From assembly GCA_964595975.1 (NCBI GenBank), contig CAZQTL010000002.1, positions 362 through 64,361 on the forward strand: a stretch of 64,000 bases of DNA. The letters run 5' to 3'. The translations under genes and the position numbers were made by a program. Under the pieces are notes generated by a model that saw nothing but the letters and a program-made list of their open reading frames with translations, did not search any database and had not been told where the DNA came from. Positions 49,260 through 58,664 of the stretch are shown here, in pieces (the first letter of the stretch is position 1; every line of letters begins with the position of its first letter). The stretch comes from an uncultured Thermoanaerobaculia bacterium (GTDB lineage: Bacteria; Acidobacteriota; Thermoanaerobaculia; Multivoradales; JAGPDF01).

Positions 49260-51263
49260 ATGATCCCCGCTCCGCAAGCCCTGACCGGCCCGTTCAACTT
49301 TCTCGGCAGGAGTCCGGAAGAGCTGCGTCGCCTCCTGCCGGACGCCGACCAGATCCTGCCCGCGCAGCTGAAGATCTTCCAGGAGGACGAATCGGCGACG
49401 CCGCTGTTCGGCTACCCGGTCCTGATGACCCCGGAGCTCGCGGCCCTCGATCGCGCGTTCGAGGGATACCTCGCCCAGGAGGAGGAGGTCGAGTACGCCA
49501 CGCTGCAGCGCATCGCCTTCGACTCGTCGGCTTTTGCCGGCGCCTGGGAGCGCTACCGCCTGCTGCTCACCCGCGCCACCGAGAACTCGATCACCGCCAG
49601 CTACGGCCGGAGCTTCCCGGCCATCTTCTGGCTCTACCACTCGGGTGCCATCGCCCGCGGCTTCAAGGAGACCACCAGGAGGCTCCTGCGGCGCGACATG
49701 GCATGGGGCAAGCAGAACGGCGACGAGTTTCGCTACCGCGTCTATCACCGCGCGCTCGACCGGTTGTCGAACCTCACCTACGACCTGGTGAACCGCCTCT
49801 CCACCGACACCGAAGAGGTCGAGCAACAGCTCTTCCCGACCCTGCTCACCCGGATGAAGGACAACATCCTCATCTTCACCGAGGACCACATCAGCCCCAA
49901 CCTGGCCGAGCTCTCCGGCTATTTCTCCGGCTGCCTCAAGCTCGACGGGCGCGACTTCCGCCTCCGCCTGATGCAGGTCCACGAGTGGTATTCCGAGCTC
50001 CTGCGCCGCGACGGCGAGCTCGTCCAGCTCTCGCGGCTGCTCGGCGAGGAACCCGGCAAGGATCCACGGCTGCACCTGAATCGTTCCGGCTACCTCACCT
50101 TCCTCGCCGGCCGGCCGACCTACGATCCCGCGCGGCTGCTGCCGCCGGCCGGAATCCAGGTGTGGGAGAGCCTGCTGGTCAAGCTCAAGGAGTTCGAGCT
50201 GTTCAACGCCCTGCGCCGCAGTATCGTCGCCGTCGAGCGCGACGGCGACCACGTGCTCGGTCGCGAGCGCTTCTCGACCCGGGTCGGAATCGGCAGCACG
50301 ACGACGCCGCTGCGCCTCTCCTCGAGCACGCGGCCGCTCGACTTCATGGCCCCCTGGGTGGTCGATCCGCTGGTGGCCCGTTTCGGGCTGATCTACGACA
50401 TCTCCGACTTCACCGAGACGGTGTCGTTGCTGCGCCGTTCGGGGGCCCTCGAGCAGGACCGCTCGTTCCGCATGATGTTCCGCTTCCAGCGCAAGGTGAA
50501 CCGGCTCGCTTTCCAGCACAAGGCGAAGCTCGAGAAGTACCTGGGCGACGGCGCCTTCTACTCCAGCCGCGAGGCGCATCATCTGCTCGTCCTCGCGATG
50601 CACATCCAGCGCGCCTACCGCGAAGCCCTGGCGCGCGGCTTTCCGTTCTCGAACGGCCTGCGCATCGCCCTCAATCACGGCCAGTACCGGCTGCTGCCGA
50701 TCCAGATCGGCGGCAAGGAAGAGGGCGGCGACCGCTACGAGTTCTTCGGCCACGGGGTGGTCGAGCTCACCCGCCTGACCTCGGGCAAGGCATCGCGCGA
50801 GATCGACGAGATCAAGACGCTGCTCATCACGCTCGGCTATCCGGAAGCGGTGGTGAATCGTTTCTTCGCGCCGATGACGCGCCAGAATCTGGACGTCGTG
50901 AACAAGCTCGAGGAGTCCCGCGGCTTCTACTCCTACATCAACCCGAACGGCTCGCTGGTCAACGAGGGCATCGTCGCGACGCTCGACTTCATCCAGCGCC
51001 TGGAGAAGGAGGCGGTGTCCAGCCGGATCTTCCGCCTGCTCGACGGCGAACGCACCTACGTCGCGGTCAAGATCGACACCCCCGGGGGCAGCCTTCTCGT
51101 CGGCATCCGCAAGCTCGGCGTCGCCCACCTCAAGGGACTCGACCGCCTGCCGGTCTATGAGATCGTCGACGCTTCGCTCTGGGGCGACAACACCCTGGTC
51201 GAGCTGCGCGGCGGCCTGATGGAGCTGATCGAACGCGAATTCAATTCCGCCCTGAGCACCTGA
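49260..51263 (+). CDS. large protein of unknown function with C-terminal class III nucleotidyl cyclase / GGDEF-like fold domain (divergent)
   Basis: C-terminal about 200 aa: LIYDISDFTE (compare F-DIVGFT, metal Asp 1), KLEKYLGDGAFY (compare K-IGDAYM / RYGGEEF, metal Asp 2), RYEFFGHGVVELTRLTS (compare Y-GD-VN-ASRL; Arg kept, Asn replaced by Glu). The N-terminal about 450 aa has no recognisable domain. Start 49260 (MIPAPQ) is preferred over 49212. Confidence 0.45.
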   Translation: MIPAPQALTGPFNFLGRSPEELRRLLPDADQILPAQLKIFQEDESATPLFGYPVLMTPELAALDRAFEGYLAQEEEVEYATLQRIAFDSSAFAGAWERYRLLLTRATENSITASYGRSFPAIFWLYHSGAIARGFKETTRRLLRRDMAWGKQNGDEFRYRVYHRALDRLSNLTYDLVNRLSTDTEEVEQQLFPTLLTRMKDNILIFTEDHISPNLAELSGYFSGCLKLDGRDFRLRLMQVHEWYSELLRRDGELVQLSRLLGEEPGKDPRLHLNRSGYLTFLAGRPTYDPARLLPPAGIQVWESLLVKLKEFELFNALRRSIVAVERDGDHVLGRERFSTRVGIGSTTTPLRLSSSTRPLDFMAPWVVDPLVARFGLIYDISDFTETVSLLRRSGALEQDRSFRMMFRFQRKVNRLAFQHKAKLEKYLGDGAFYSSREAHHLLVLAMHIQRAYREALARGFPFSNGLRIALNHGQYRLLPIQIGGKEEGGDRYEFFGHGVVELTRLTSGKASREIDEIKTLLITLGYPEAVVNRFFAPMTRQNLDVVNKLEESRGFYSYINPNGSLVNEGIVATLDFIQRLEKEAVSSRIFRLLDGERTYVAVKIDTPGGSLLVGIRKLGVAHLKGLDRLPVYEIVDASLWGDNTLVELRGGLMELIEREFNSALST

Positions 51264-51295
51264 CCCATGCAGAATCGAGGAGACCGACGAGCGTC

Positions 51296-52207
51296 ATGAC
51301 GAGCGAAAGAAGCAGCAACGAATCCGTCTGGCAGACCGACCTCCCCGGCCTGCCGGCCCCGCGGCGCGGCAAGGTCCGCGACATCTACGACCTGGGCGAC
51401 ACCGTCCTGCTGGTGGCGACGGACCGGCTCTCGGCCTATGACCACATCCTGCGGCCGGCGATTCCCGGCAAGGGAAAGATCCTCACCCAGCTCACCAACT
51501 TCTGGATGGAACGACTCGGCGACGTCGTGCCGAATCACCTCCTGGCCACGGAGGTCAGCGATTTTCCAGCCGCGCTGCGACGCCACTCGGACCAGCTGGA
51601 GGGGCGCTCGGTGCTGGTGAGGAAGGCCGCGGTCGTGCCATTCGAGTGCGTCGCGCGCGGCTTCCTCGCCGGCAGCGCCTTCAAGGAGTACAAAGCGTCG
51701 GGAACCGCCTGCGGCATCCCACTGCCCGCGGGGCTCGAGCGCGCGAGCCGCCTCGCCGCCCCGATCTTCACCCCGGCGACGAAAGCCGAGTCCGGCCACG
51801 ACGAGAACGTCGATTTCGCGACCCTCGAGGCCGGCGTCGGCGCGGCGACCGCGAGCCGGCTGCGCCAGCTGACGCTCGATCTCTACCGCGCCGGCGCGGC
51901 TCATGCCGAGTCGATGGGCCTGCTGCTCGCCGACACCAAGTTCGAGTTCGGAGTGATCGACGGCGCGATCGTGCTGATCGACGAGGCGCTCACCCCGGAC
52001 TCCTCGCGCTACTGGGAGGCTGCCGTCTGGCGGCCCGGCACCGAGCCGGCATCGTTCGACAAGCAGTTCGTCCGCAACTGGCTCGATGCCTCCGGCTGGG
52101 ATCACGAGTCGACTCCGCCAGAGCTGCCCGGCGATGTCGTCGCGGGAACCCGCGAGCGCTACATCGAGGCCTTCCGCCGCCTTACCGGACGCGAGCCGCG
52201 GCTCTGA
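51296..52207 (+). CDS. purC: phosphoribosylaminoimidazole-succinocarboxamide synthase (SAICAR synthetase)
   Basis: GKVRDIYD, LLVATDRLSAYD, LADTKFEFG motifs typical of long-form PurC. Confidence 0.85.
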   Translation: MTSERSSNESVWQTDLPGLPAPRRGKVRDIYDLGDTVLLVATDRLSAYDHILRPAIPGKGKILTQLTNFWMERLGDVVPNHLLATEVSDFPAALRRHSDQLEGRSVLVRKAAVVPFECVARGFLAGSAFKEYKASGTACGIPLPAGLERASRLAAPIFTPATKAESGHDENVDFATLEAGVGAATASRLRQLTLDLYRAGAAHAESMGLLLADTKFEFGVIDGAIVLIDEALTPDSSRYWEAAVWRPGTEPASFDKQFVRNWLDASGWDHESTPPELPGDVVAGTRERYIEAFRRLTGREPRL

Positions 52208-52229
52208 GGGGCTACCTCCGACCCCCTCG

Positions 52230-52988
52230 ATGATTCAGGACGGACATCTCCCCGAAATGCTGACCGCCGAGAAGATCCGCGCGATCCACGAGCTGGTCGA
52301 TTCCGCGCATGTCGGCATCGTTTTCCAGCCGATCGCCGACATCCACAAACGGCGCATCCTCGCCTACGAAGCGCTGGCGCGAAACTCGAATCCGCTGTTC
52401 AAGAACACGCCGGAGATGTTCGGCGCCGCGGTGCAGGCCGGCCGGGTGGCCGAGCTCGGGCGCCTGCACCGCGATCAGGCCATCCGGCTCTGCCCGCACT
52501 ACCCGCTGTTCATCAACATCGACCCGCACGAGTTCGACTACGGCTGGCTGGTGCGCCCGGACGACCCGCTCTTCCGCCATCGCCACCAGATCACGGTGGA
52601 GATCACCGAGTCGGTGCCGATCAAGTACTTCACGCAATGCCACAGCGTGCTGGCGGAGATCCGCCAGAAAGGGATGTCGCTCGCCATCGACGACCTCGGC
52701 GCCGGCTTCTCGAACTTGAAGTACATCGCCGACCTGCAGCCCGAGATCGTCAAGCTCGACCGCGAGCTCATCCTCGGCTGCGCGCCGGGCAATCGCCCGT
52801 TCAAGCTCCTGTGCTCGATCGTCAACCTGTGCAAGGAGATGAACGCCAAGACGATCGCCGAGGGGATCGAGACCCCCACGGAGTTCTACGCCGCCGTCGA
52901 GGCCGGCGTCGACTACGCCCAGGGCTACCTCCTGGGCCGCCCCGCCTGCCCCGCCCCCGACCTCATCTGGCCGGGAACCTCGCGCTAG
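52230..52988 (+). CDS. stand-alone EAL-domain c-di-GMP phosphodiesterase
   Basis: EAL (YEALAR), N loop, DDLGAGFSNLKY, KLDRELI, EGIETPTEF, QGYLLGRP. All catalytic signature blocks are present. Confidence 0.8.
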   Translation: MIQDGHLPEMLTAEKIRAIHELVDSAHVGIVFQPIADIHKRRILAYEALARNSNPLFKNTPEMFGAAVQAGRVAELGRLHRDQAIRLCPHYPLFINIDPHEFDYGWLVRPDDPLFRHRHQITVEITESVPIKYFTQCHSVLAEIRQKGMSLAIDDLGAGFSNLKYIADLQPEIVKLDRELILGCAPGNRPFKLLCSIVNLCKEMNAKTIAEGIETPTEFYAAVEAGVDYAQGYLLGRPACPAPDLIWPGTSR

Positions 52989-53005
52989 GACGATCCGCCG
53001 ATTGC

Positions 53006-54361
53006 TCAGCCGGGCAACTGGTCGGCTAGCTCTTCGAGGGTGGAGATGGGGAGGAGCTGCATGTCGATGCGTCTGGCGAGGCCTTCGACGCGCGGGACGT
53101 AGGCCTGCTTGAAGCCGTGCGCCGCCGCTTCGCGCAGGCGGGCTTCGGCCTGGCTTACCGGGCGGACCTCGCCGAGCAGACCGATCTCGCCGAAGAAGAC
53201 GGCGTCGGGCGGCAGCGCCACGCCGCGATAGGCGGAGATCAGCGCCGCGGCGACCGCGAGGTCGGCGGCCGGCTCCTTCAGCGCCAGGCCGCCGACGACG
53301 TTCAGGAAGACGTCGCGGTCGGCGAGGCCGAGCTTCGCGAAGCGCTCGAGCACCGCGACCAGGAGAATGACCCGGTTGCCGTCGAGTCCGACGCGCATCC
53401 GCCGCGGCGAGGGGAAGTTGGTCGGATTGACCAGCGCCTGCGTCTCGACGAGCAGCGGCCGCGCCCCCGAGAGCGTCGGCAGGACCGCCGACCCCGGCGC
53501 GCCGCGGCGGCGCCGCGCGAGCAGCACCTGCGACGGATCGAGCACCGGCTCGAGCCCCGACTCGCGCATCTCGAACATGGCGATCTCGCCAGTCGGGCCG
53601 AAGCGGTTCTTCGCTGCGCGCAGGATGCGGTAGTCCGACTCGCGCTCGCCCTCGAAGTTGAGCACCGTGTCGACCAGGTGCTCGAGCGATTTCGGTCCGG
53701 CGATCGTTCCCTCCTTGGTCACGTGGCCGACGAGGAAGAGCGTCGACTCCGAGCGCTTGGCGAAATCCACCAGCCGGTTGGCGCAGTGACGCACCTGCCC
53801 GATCGACCCCGGCGGGCTCTCGAGCTCGTCGCTGGCGATCGCCTGGATCGAGTCGACCAGCAGCGCCGCGGGTTCCGCCGACCGCGCGGCGTCAAGCACC
53901 GACTCGAGGCGCGTCTCCCCCACCACCAGGACGTCGCTCGAAGCGCAGCCCAACCGTTCCGCGCGCAGGCGGAGCTGGCGCGGAGACTCCTCCGCGCTGG
54001 CGTAGAGCACCTTGCGCTCGAGGCCGGCGAGACGCGCGGCGAGCTGCAGCAGGAGGGTCGACTTGCCGATGCCGGGCTCGCCGGCGAGCAGCACCGCGCC
54101 GCCCGCGACCACACCGCCGCCCAGCACGCGGTCGAGGGCGGGAATGCCGGAGGGCGTGCGGAGGACCTGCTCCTGGTCGATCTCCGACAGAGCCACCGGC
54201 GCGTTCGCCGCGCTCTCGCCGACCCTGCCGCCGCGCTTCGGCGCCTCGCGGACCTCCTCGACGAACGACGACCAGGTGCCGCACTCGGGGCAGCGCCCCA
54301 GCCATTTCGTCGACTGGTAGCCGCAGCTCTGGCAGGCGTAGAGAGTGCGCGGAGCCGCCAT
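53006..54361 (-). CDS. radA: DNA repair protein RadA/Sms
   Basis: N-terminal C4 zinc finger CQSCGYQ...CPECG. Walker A GEPGIGKST. KNRFG motif. C-terminal Lon-protease-like domain. Confidence 0.85.
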   Translation of the reverse strand: MAAPRTLYACQSCGYQSTKWLGRCPECGTWSSFVEEVREAPKRGGRVGESAANAPVALSEIDQEQVLRTPSGIPALDRVLGGGVVAGGAVLLAGEPGIGKSTLLLQLAARLAGLERKVLYASAEESPRQLRLRAERLGCASSDVLVVGETRLESVLDAARSAEPAALLVDSIQAIASDELESPPGSIGQVRHCANRLVDFAKRSESTLFLVGHVTKEGTIAGPKSLEHLVDTVLNFEGERESDYRILRAAKNRFGPTGEIAMFEMRESGLEPVLDPSQVLLARRRRGAPGSAVLPTLSGARPLLVETQALVNPTNFPSPRRMRVGLDGNRVILLVAVLERFAKLGLADRDVFLNVVGGLALKEPAADLAVAAALISAYRGVALPPDAVFFGEIGLLGEVRPVSQAEARLREAAAHGFKQAYVPRVEGLARRIDMQLLPISTLEELADQLPG

Positions 54362-54363
54362 CG

Positions 54364-55854
54364 TCAGAGCTTCGGAACCGCGCCCATGAGGTACTTGAGG
54401 TCGTCGTCGCTCCAGCGGATGCCGACGCCGACGAAGGGCGACCGGAACTGCTCCACCAGCGGATCGTCGTAGCCGCCCTGGACGTAGAGATGGCGCAGGA
54501 AGTTCCACTGGCCGGTGAGGCGGAGGTGCGGATCGAGCTCGAGCTCGCGGCCGAAGTCGAACGCTTCGAACGACAGCATCGCGCGCTTGTCGAAGAAGCT
54601 GTAGTCGACCTGCACGCCGGCGGTGTTCTCGAGGATGCCGACCCAGAGCGAGCCGCGCTTCTCGGCGAACGGGAATCCGAAGAGCGCCGACCAGTTGTTG
54701 CGCCGCGTCTCGCTGGTCAGCCGGTCGGTCGTCGTCGTCGCCGTCGAGCCGTCGGGCAGCGTGACGGTGACGATCTCGCGCTTCTGCGAGATGCGTCCGC
54801 GCGGATCCGAGACGAGCTCGACGCGGTAGTAGCGCTCGCTCTCGTCGCCGTGCGGCAGCAGGTCGAGGCGGAAGGCCGAACGCCAGTCCTCGACCTCCGA
54901 CAGATAGGCCCCGCCGAGTCCGAGATCGAGCTTGAGCTCGTTGACCCGGTTGAGCGTCGAGCCCAGGGCGTCCACGCCCTTCTCGACGCTGCCGAGGGCG
55001 CTCATCAGCTGGTCGTGCGCCTCCGGGCTGTTGACCAGCTTGCCGATCGTTCCCTCGCCGCTGGCGATCTTGGTGGTGATCGCGTTGAGGTTGTCGACCG
55101 AAGTCTGCACCTGCGTGGTGAGCTCCTTGATGTTGGCCATCGAGTCCTTGAGGTTGCCACGGTTCTCCGCCAGCACGGCGTCGACCTGCTCGAGGACGCG
55201 CGCGATCTGCTCGGTGATGCGCGGCAGCTCGCGGGCGAGGGTCTCGCTGAAACGCTCGAAGTTCGCCACCGTTCCGGAGAGGTTCGAGCGATTCTCGGCG
55301 ATCAGCGCGCGCAGCTCATCCGAGGTCGCCTGGATCGAGTCGATCAGGGTCGAAAAGCCACCGCCAGCTCCCGCGCCCCCCTTGCCGCCCTTGCCGCCGA
55401 GGAAGTCCTGCACCGTGCTGCCGATCTCCTCGATCTTCGCCATCGCGTCGTCGAACGACACCGGCGTCGTGCCGGGGAGCACCGCGCCCGGCGGCAGCAG
55501 CGCCGCGCCCTCCGGTCCGAGGCGCAGCTCGACGAACTTGTCGCCGAGCAGCCCCTGGTTGGCGATCCGCGCCGAGCTGCCCTCGACGAAGTCGATCGGC
55601 TGGTCGAGGAGCAGCGAGACCCGGGCCTTGCGCCCCTCGAGCCGGATACCGTCGACGCGACCGACGCGCACGCCGGCCAGGCGCACCGCCGCCTTGTCGT
55701 CGAGCCCGACGACCGAGTCGAAGACGGCGTCGACGCGCACGCCCTTGGGTCCCCACAGCTTCCAGTCCTCGACGCGCAGGATCAGCCAGCCGAGCAGCAC
55801 GAGGCAGACCGTCATGAAGATTCCGACCTTGACTACCTGAGGGGTGCTCGACAT
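54364..55854 (-). CDS. MCE-family (MlaD/PqiB-like) protein with extended helical C-terminal region
   Basis: N-terminal TM, then an MCE domain (VKVGIFMTVCLVLLGW...GVRVDAVFDSVVGLD..VRLAGVRVGRV). A long coiled-coil segment follows. Immediately downstream of mlaF/mlaE. Confidence 0.7.
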   Translation of the reverse strand: MSSTPQVVKVGIFMTVCLVLLGWLILRVEDWKLWGPKGVRVDAVFDSVVGLDDKAAVRLAGVRVGRVDGIRLEGRKARVSLLLDQPIDFVEGSSARIANQGLLGDKFVELRLGPEGAALLPPGAVLPGTTPVSFDDAMAKIEEIGSTVQDFLGGKGGKGGAGAGGGFSTLIDSIQATSDELRALIAENRSNLSGTVANFERFSETLARELPRITEQIARVLEQVDAVLAENRGNLKDSMANIKELTTQVQTSVDNLNAITTKIASGEGTIGKLVNSPEAHDQLMSALGSVEKGVDALGSTLNRVNELKLDLGLGGAYLSEVEDWRSAFRLDLLPHGDESERYYRVELVSDPRGRISQKREIVTVTLPDGSTATTTTDRLTSETRRNNWSALFGFPFAEKRGSLWVGILENTAGVQVDYSFFDKRAMLSFEAFDFGRELELDPHLRLTGQWNFLRHLYVQGGYDDPLVEQFRSPFVGVGIRWSDDDLKYLMGAVPKL

Positions 55855-55886
55855 CGCTGGCTCCTTCGCCGCCGCCGGTCCGCGGC

Positions 55887-56663
55887 TCAATCGGTAAGTG
55901 GACCGGAGGCGAGTCCCTGGATGAACTGCTGCACCCGCGGATCCGGCGAGGCGCGGAATTCCGCGGGCGGTGCGTAGGCGATGATCCGTCCCTGATGCAG
56001 CATCGCGATCCGCTCGGCGATCCGGAAGGCGCTGTCCATGTCATGGGTGATCGAGACCGCCGTCGATCCCAGTTTCGCCTGCAGCTCGAGGATCAACTCG
56101 TCGATCACCGCCTTCATCACCGGATCGAGCCCCGTCGTCGGTTCGTCGAACAGCAGGATCTTGGGCTCCAGCGCGATGGCGCGGGCGAAGCCGACCCGCC
56201 GGCGCATGCCACCGGAGAGCTCCGCCGGCATCTTCTGGTCGGCCCCTTCGAGATGGACCATCTCCAGGCATGCGGCGACCCGCGCGGCGATCTCTTCCCT
56301 GGGCCGGTTGGCCCGCCGCAGCGCGAACGCGACGTTCTCCCAGACCGTCATGGAGTCGAACAGCGCCCCTTCCTGGAACGACATTCCGAATCGGCGGCGA
56401 AAGCCGGTGATGGCGCGCTCGTCGAGGGTCGCGATGTCGACGCCGTCCACCACGATGCGGCCGGCATCGGGGCGCAGGAGGCCGATCATGTGCTTGAGGA
56501 GGACGCTCTTGCCGCTCCCCGATCCGCCGAGAATGACTACCGACTCGCCCTCGTAGATCGCCAGGTCGAGCTCGTCGAGGACCATCTTCTCGCCGAACGA
56601 CTTCGACACCTTCTGCAGGTCGATCTTGACCGGCGGCAACGCGCTCGCGGTCGCCATGCTCAA
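55887..56663 (-). CDS. mlaF: ABC transporter ATP-binding protein MlaF-like
   Basis: Walker A GGSGSGKS, signature LSGGMRRRVGFARA, Walker B LLFDEPTTGLD, H-loop. Confidence 0.8.
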   Translation of the reverse strand: MSMATASALPPVKIDLQKVSKSFGEKMVLDELDLAIYEGESVVILGGSGSGKSVLLKHMIGLLRPDAGRIVVDGVDIATLDERAITGFRRRFGMSFQEGALFDSMTVWENVAFALRRANRPREEIAARVAACLEMVHLEGADQKMPAELSGGMRRRVGFARAIALEPKILLFDEPTTGLDPVMKAVIDELILELQAKLGSTAVSITHDMDSAFRIAERIAMLHQGRIIAYAPPAEFRASPDPRVQQFIQGLASGPLTD

Positions 56664-56706
56664 GACGGGGACCCGGGTGTGGAAGAGGACGGGGGCATTC
56701 CGGTTC

Positions 56707-57465
56707 TCAGAACAGGATCTTGGTCAGGAAGAAATCGGAGATCAGGATCGCGATCGAAGCGAGCACCACCGCCCGCGTCGTCGCCCGGCCGACCCCTTCG
56801 GCGCCGCCGCGGGTGAAGAAGCCCTTCTGGCAGCCGACCACCGAGATGATCAGGCCGAAGACCGCCGCCTTGATCAGTCCGGAGTTGACGTCGGCCAGGT
56901 CCATGAAGATGAAGGTGTTCTCCATGTAGGTCACCGGATTGGCGCCGAAGTAGACCACCGAAACGAGGTAGCCGCCGGCGATGCCGATGACGTCCGCGAC
57001 CACGATGAGCAGGGGCAGCATCAACACCGTTGCCCAGACCCGCGGCACGACGAGGAAGTGCACAGGGTCGGTCGCCAGCACTTCGAGGGCGTCGATCTGC
57101 TCGGTGACGCGCATCGTCCCGAGCTCCGCCCCCATCGCCGAGCCGCAGCGCCCGGCGAGGAGCAGCGACGAGATGACCGGCGCGAGCTCGCGCACCATCG
57201 AGATCGCCACCAGCGAGCCGACATAGCTTTCGGCGTTGAAGCGCTTGAGCGTCGAGAAGGTCTGCAGCGCCATCACCATGCCGGTGAAGAGCGAGGTCAG
57301 CAGAACGACCGGCAGCGAGTCGACGCCGATCCGCACCATCTGCCGCACCAGCTCCTTGACGTCGTACGGCGGACGGAACGTCCAGGCGAAGGTCCGCCCG
57401 AGGATCTGGAAGAACCTCCCCATCTCGGTGAAATAACCCTCGAGCGGCACGACGCGGTTGGTCAT
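56707..57465 (-). CDS. mlaE: ABC transporter permease MlaE-like
   Basis: 252 aa from MTNRVVPLEGYFTEMGRFFQ. Five-TM MlaE topology with conserved ..TEQIDALEVL.. Its ATG overlaps the alr stop (ATGA). Confidence 0.8.
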   Translation of the reverse strand: MTNRVVPLEGYFTEMGRFFQILGRTFAWTFRPPYDVKELVRQMVRIGVDSLPVVLLTSLFTGMVMALQTFSTLKRFNAESYVGSLVAISMVRELAPVISSLLLAGRCGSAMGAELGTMRVTEQIDALEVLATDPVHFLVVPRVWATVLMLPLLIVVADVIGIAGGYLVSVVYFGANPVTYMENTFIFMDLADVNSGLIKAAVFGLIISVVGCQKGFFTRGGAEGVGRATTRAVVLASIAILISDFFLTKILF

Positions 57466-58664
57466 GGAATCGATTCGACCATCGGCGACATGCCCCGTGC
57501 CGGGGCCAGGTGGACTGTGCTTTCGACGGTCCGACGCGGCAAGCGCAGCCCGAAGAGACAGAGGAGCTGGTAAGGAATGGTGCCGACGTCTGCGGCGAGC
57601 TCCACCGCGGAGATCCTCTCGGCCCCCTGGCGGCCCAGGAGCGTGGCGCGCGAGCCGACCTCGGCTGCGACGCCGGTGACATCGACCGCCAGGAGATCCA
57701 TGCTCACCGAGCCGACCACCGGCACCCGCTGCCCTCCGACGAGGACCTCGGCCCGATTCCCCAGCCGCCACGAATAGCCATCGGCGTAGCCCACCGGCAC
57801 GATCCCGATCCGGCTCGGGCGCTCGGCGACCCACCGCCCGCCGTAACCGACCCGGGTCCCCGCCGCGATCGACTTGACCTGAACGATCTCCGCTTCCACC
57901 GAGAGGACCGGCTCCAGGTCCGCCGAGAGCCGTCCCGCCGAGTCGTAGCCGTAGAGCGCGATGCCCAGCCGCACCCAGTCGAAGCGCGCCGCCGGCAGAT
58001 GCAGCGCGCCCGCGCTGTTGGCCAAGTGCACCGTCATCGCGGCCCGCTCCGCGGGCGGGAGCAGCGAGACGACTGCCGCAAAGCGCTCCTGCTGCATCCG
58101 GTTCGACTCCGAATCCGGAGTTTCGGCCTCGGCAAGGTGCGACATGACGCCTTCCAGTCGCACCTCCGGAGAGGTCCTCAAGAGCTCGAACAAGGTAGCT
58201 GCCTCCCGGTCATCGATGCCCAGGCGCGTCATACCGGTATCGAACTTGAGGTGAAGTGGCGCAATCCACCCATTCCCCTTACTGAAAGCCTTGATTGCCT
58301 GAAGACTCTCGAGGCTGGAGATGACCGGGGTCAGCCGGAACCGCTGGAGCACCGGAGCCGCCTCGGGAGGGAGCGGTGAGAGCACGACGATCTGCGAGGA
58401 GACCCCGGCGTCTCGCAGCTCGATCGCCTCTTCGGCGGTGGCCACGGCGAAGCCGGCCAGGTGCTCGCCGCCTTCGGCCTCGAGCGCGCGGGCTACGGCG
58501 ACGGCGCCGTGGCCGTAGGCGTCGGCCTTGACGACGGCGAGGATCCTGGCCGGCTCGACGCGCCCGGCGAGGCGGCGGAAGTTGCGCCGGAGGGCCGCCA
58601 GATCGATCTCGACCCACGCTCTGCGCAGGAAGTGCGCGCCGCCCTCCGCCTCAACCAACGTCAC
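57462..58664 (-). CDS. alr: alanine racemase
   Basis: N-terminal RRAWVEIDLAALRRNF, VVKADAYGHG (PLP Lys), C-terminal VSMDLLAVDV. Start proposed at GTG 58664 or TTG 58658, overlapping the dnaB 3' end. The dnaB-alr adjacency is conserved in proteobacteria. Confidence 0.75.
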   Translation of the reverse strand: MTLVEAEGGAHFLRRAWVEIDLAALRRNFRRLAGRVEPARILAVVKADAYGHGAVAVARALEAEGGEHLAGFAVATAEEAIELRDAGVSSQIVVLSPLPPEAAPVLQRFRLTPVISSLESLQAIKAFSKGNGWIAPLHLKFDTGMTRLGIDDREAATLFELLRTSPEVRLEGVMSHLAEAETPDSESNRMQQERFAAVVSLLPPAERAAMTVHLANSAGALHLPAARFDWVRLGIALYGYDSAGRLSADLEPVLSVEAEIVQVKSIAAGTRVGYGGRWVAERPSRIGIVPVGYADGYSWRLGNRAEVLVGGQRVPVVGSVSMDLLAVDVTGVAAEVGSRATLLGRQGAERISAVELAADVGTIPYQLLCLFGLRLPRRTVESTVHLAPARGMSPMVESIP

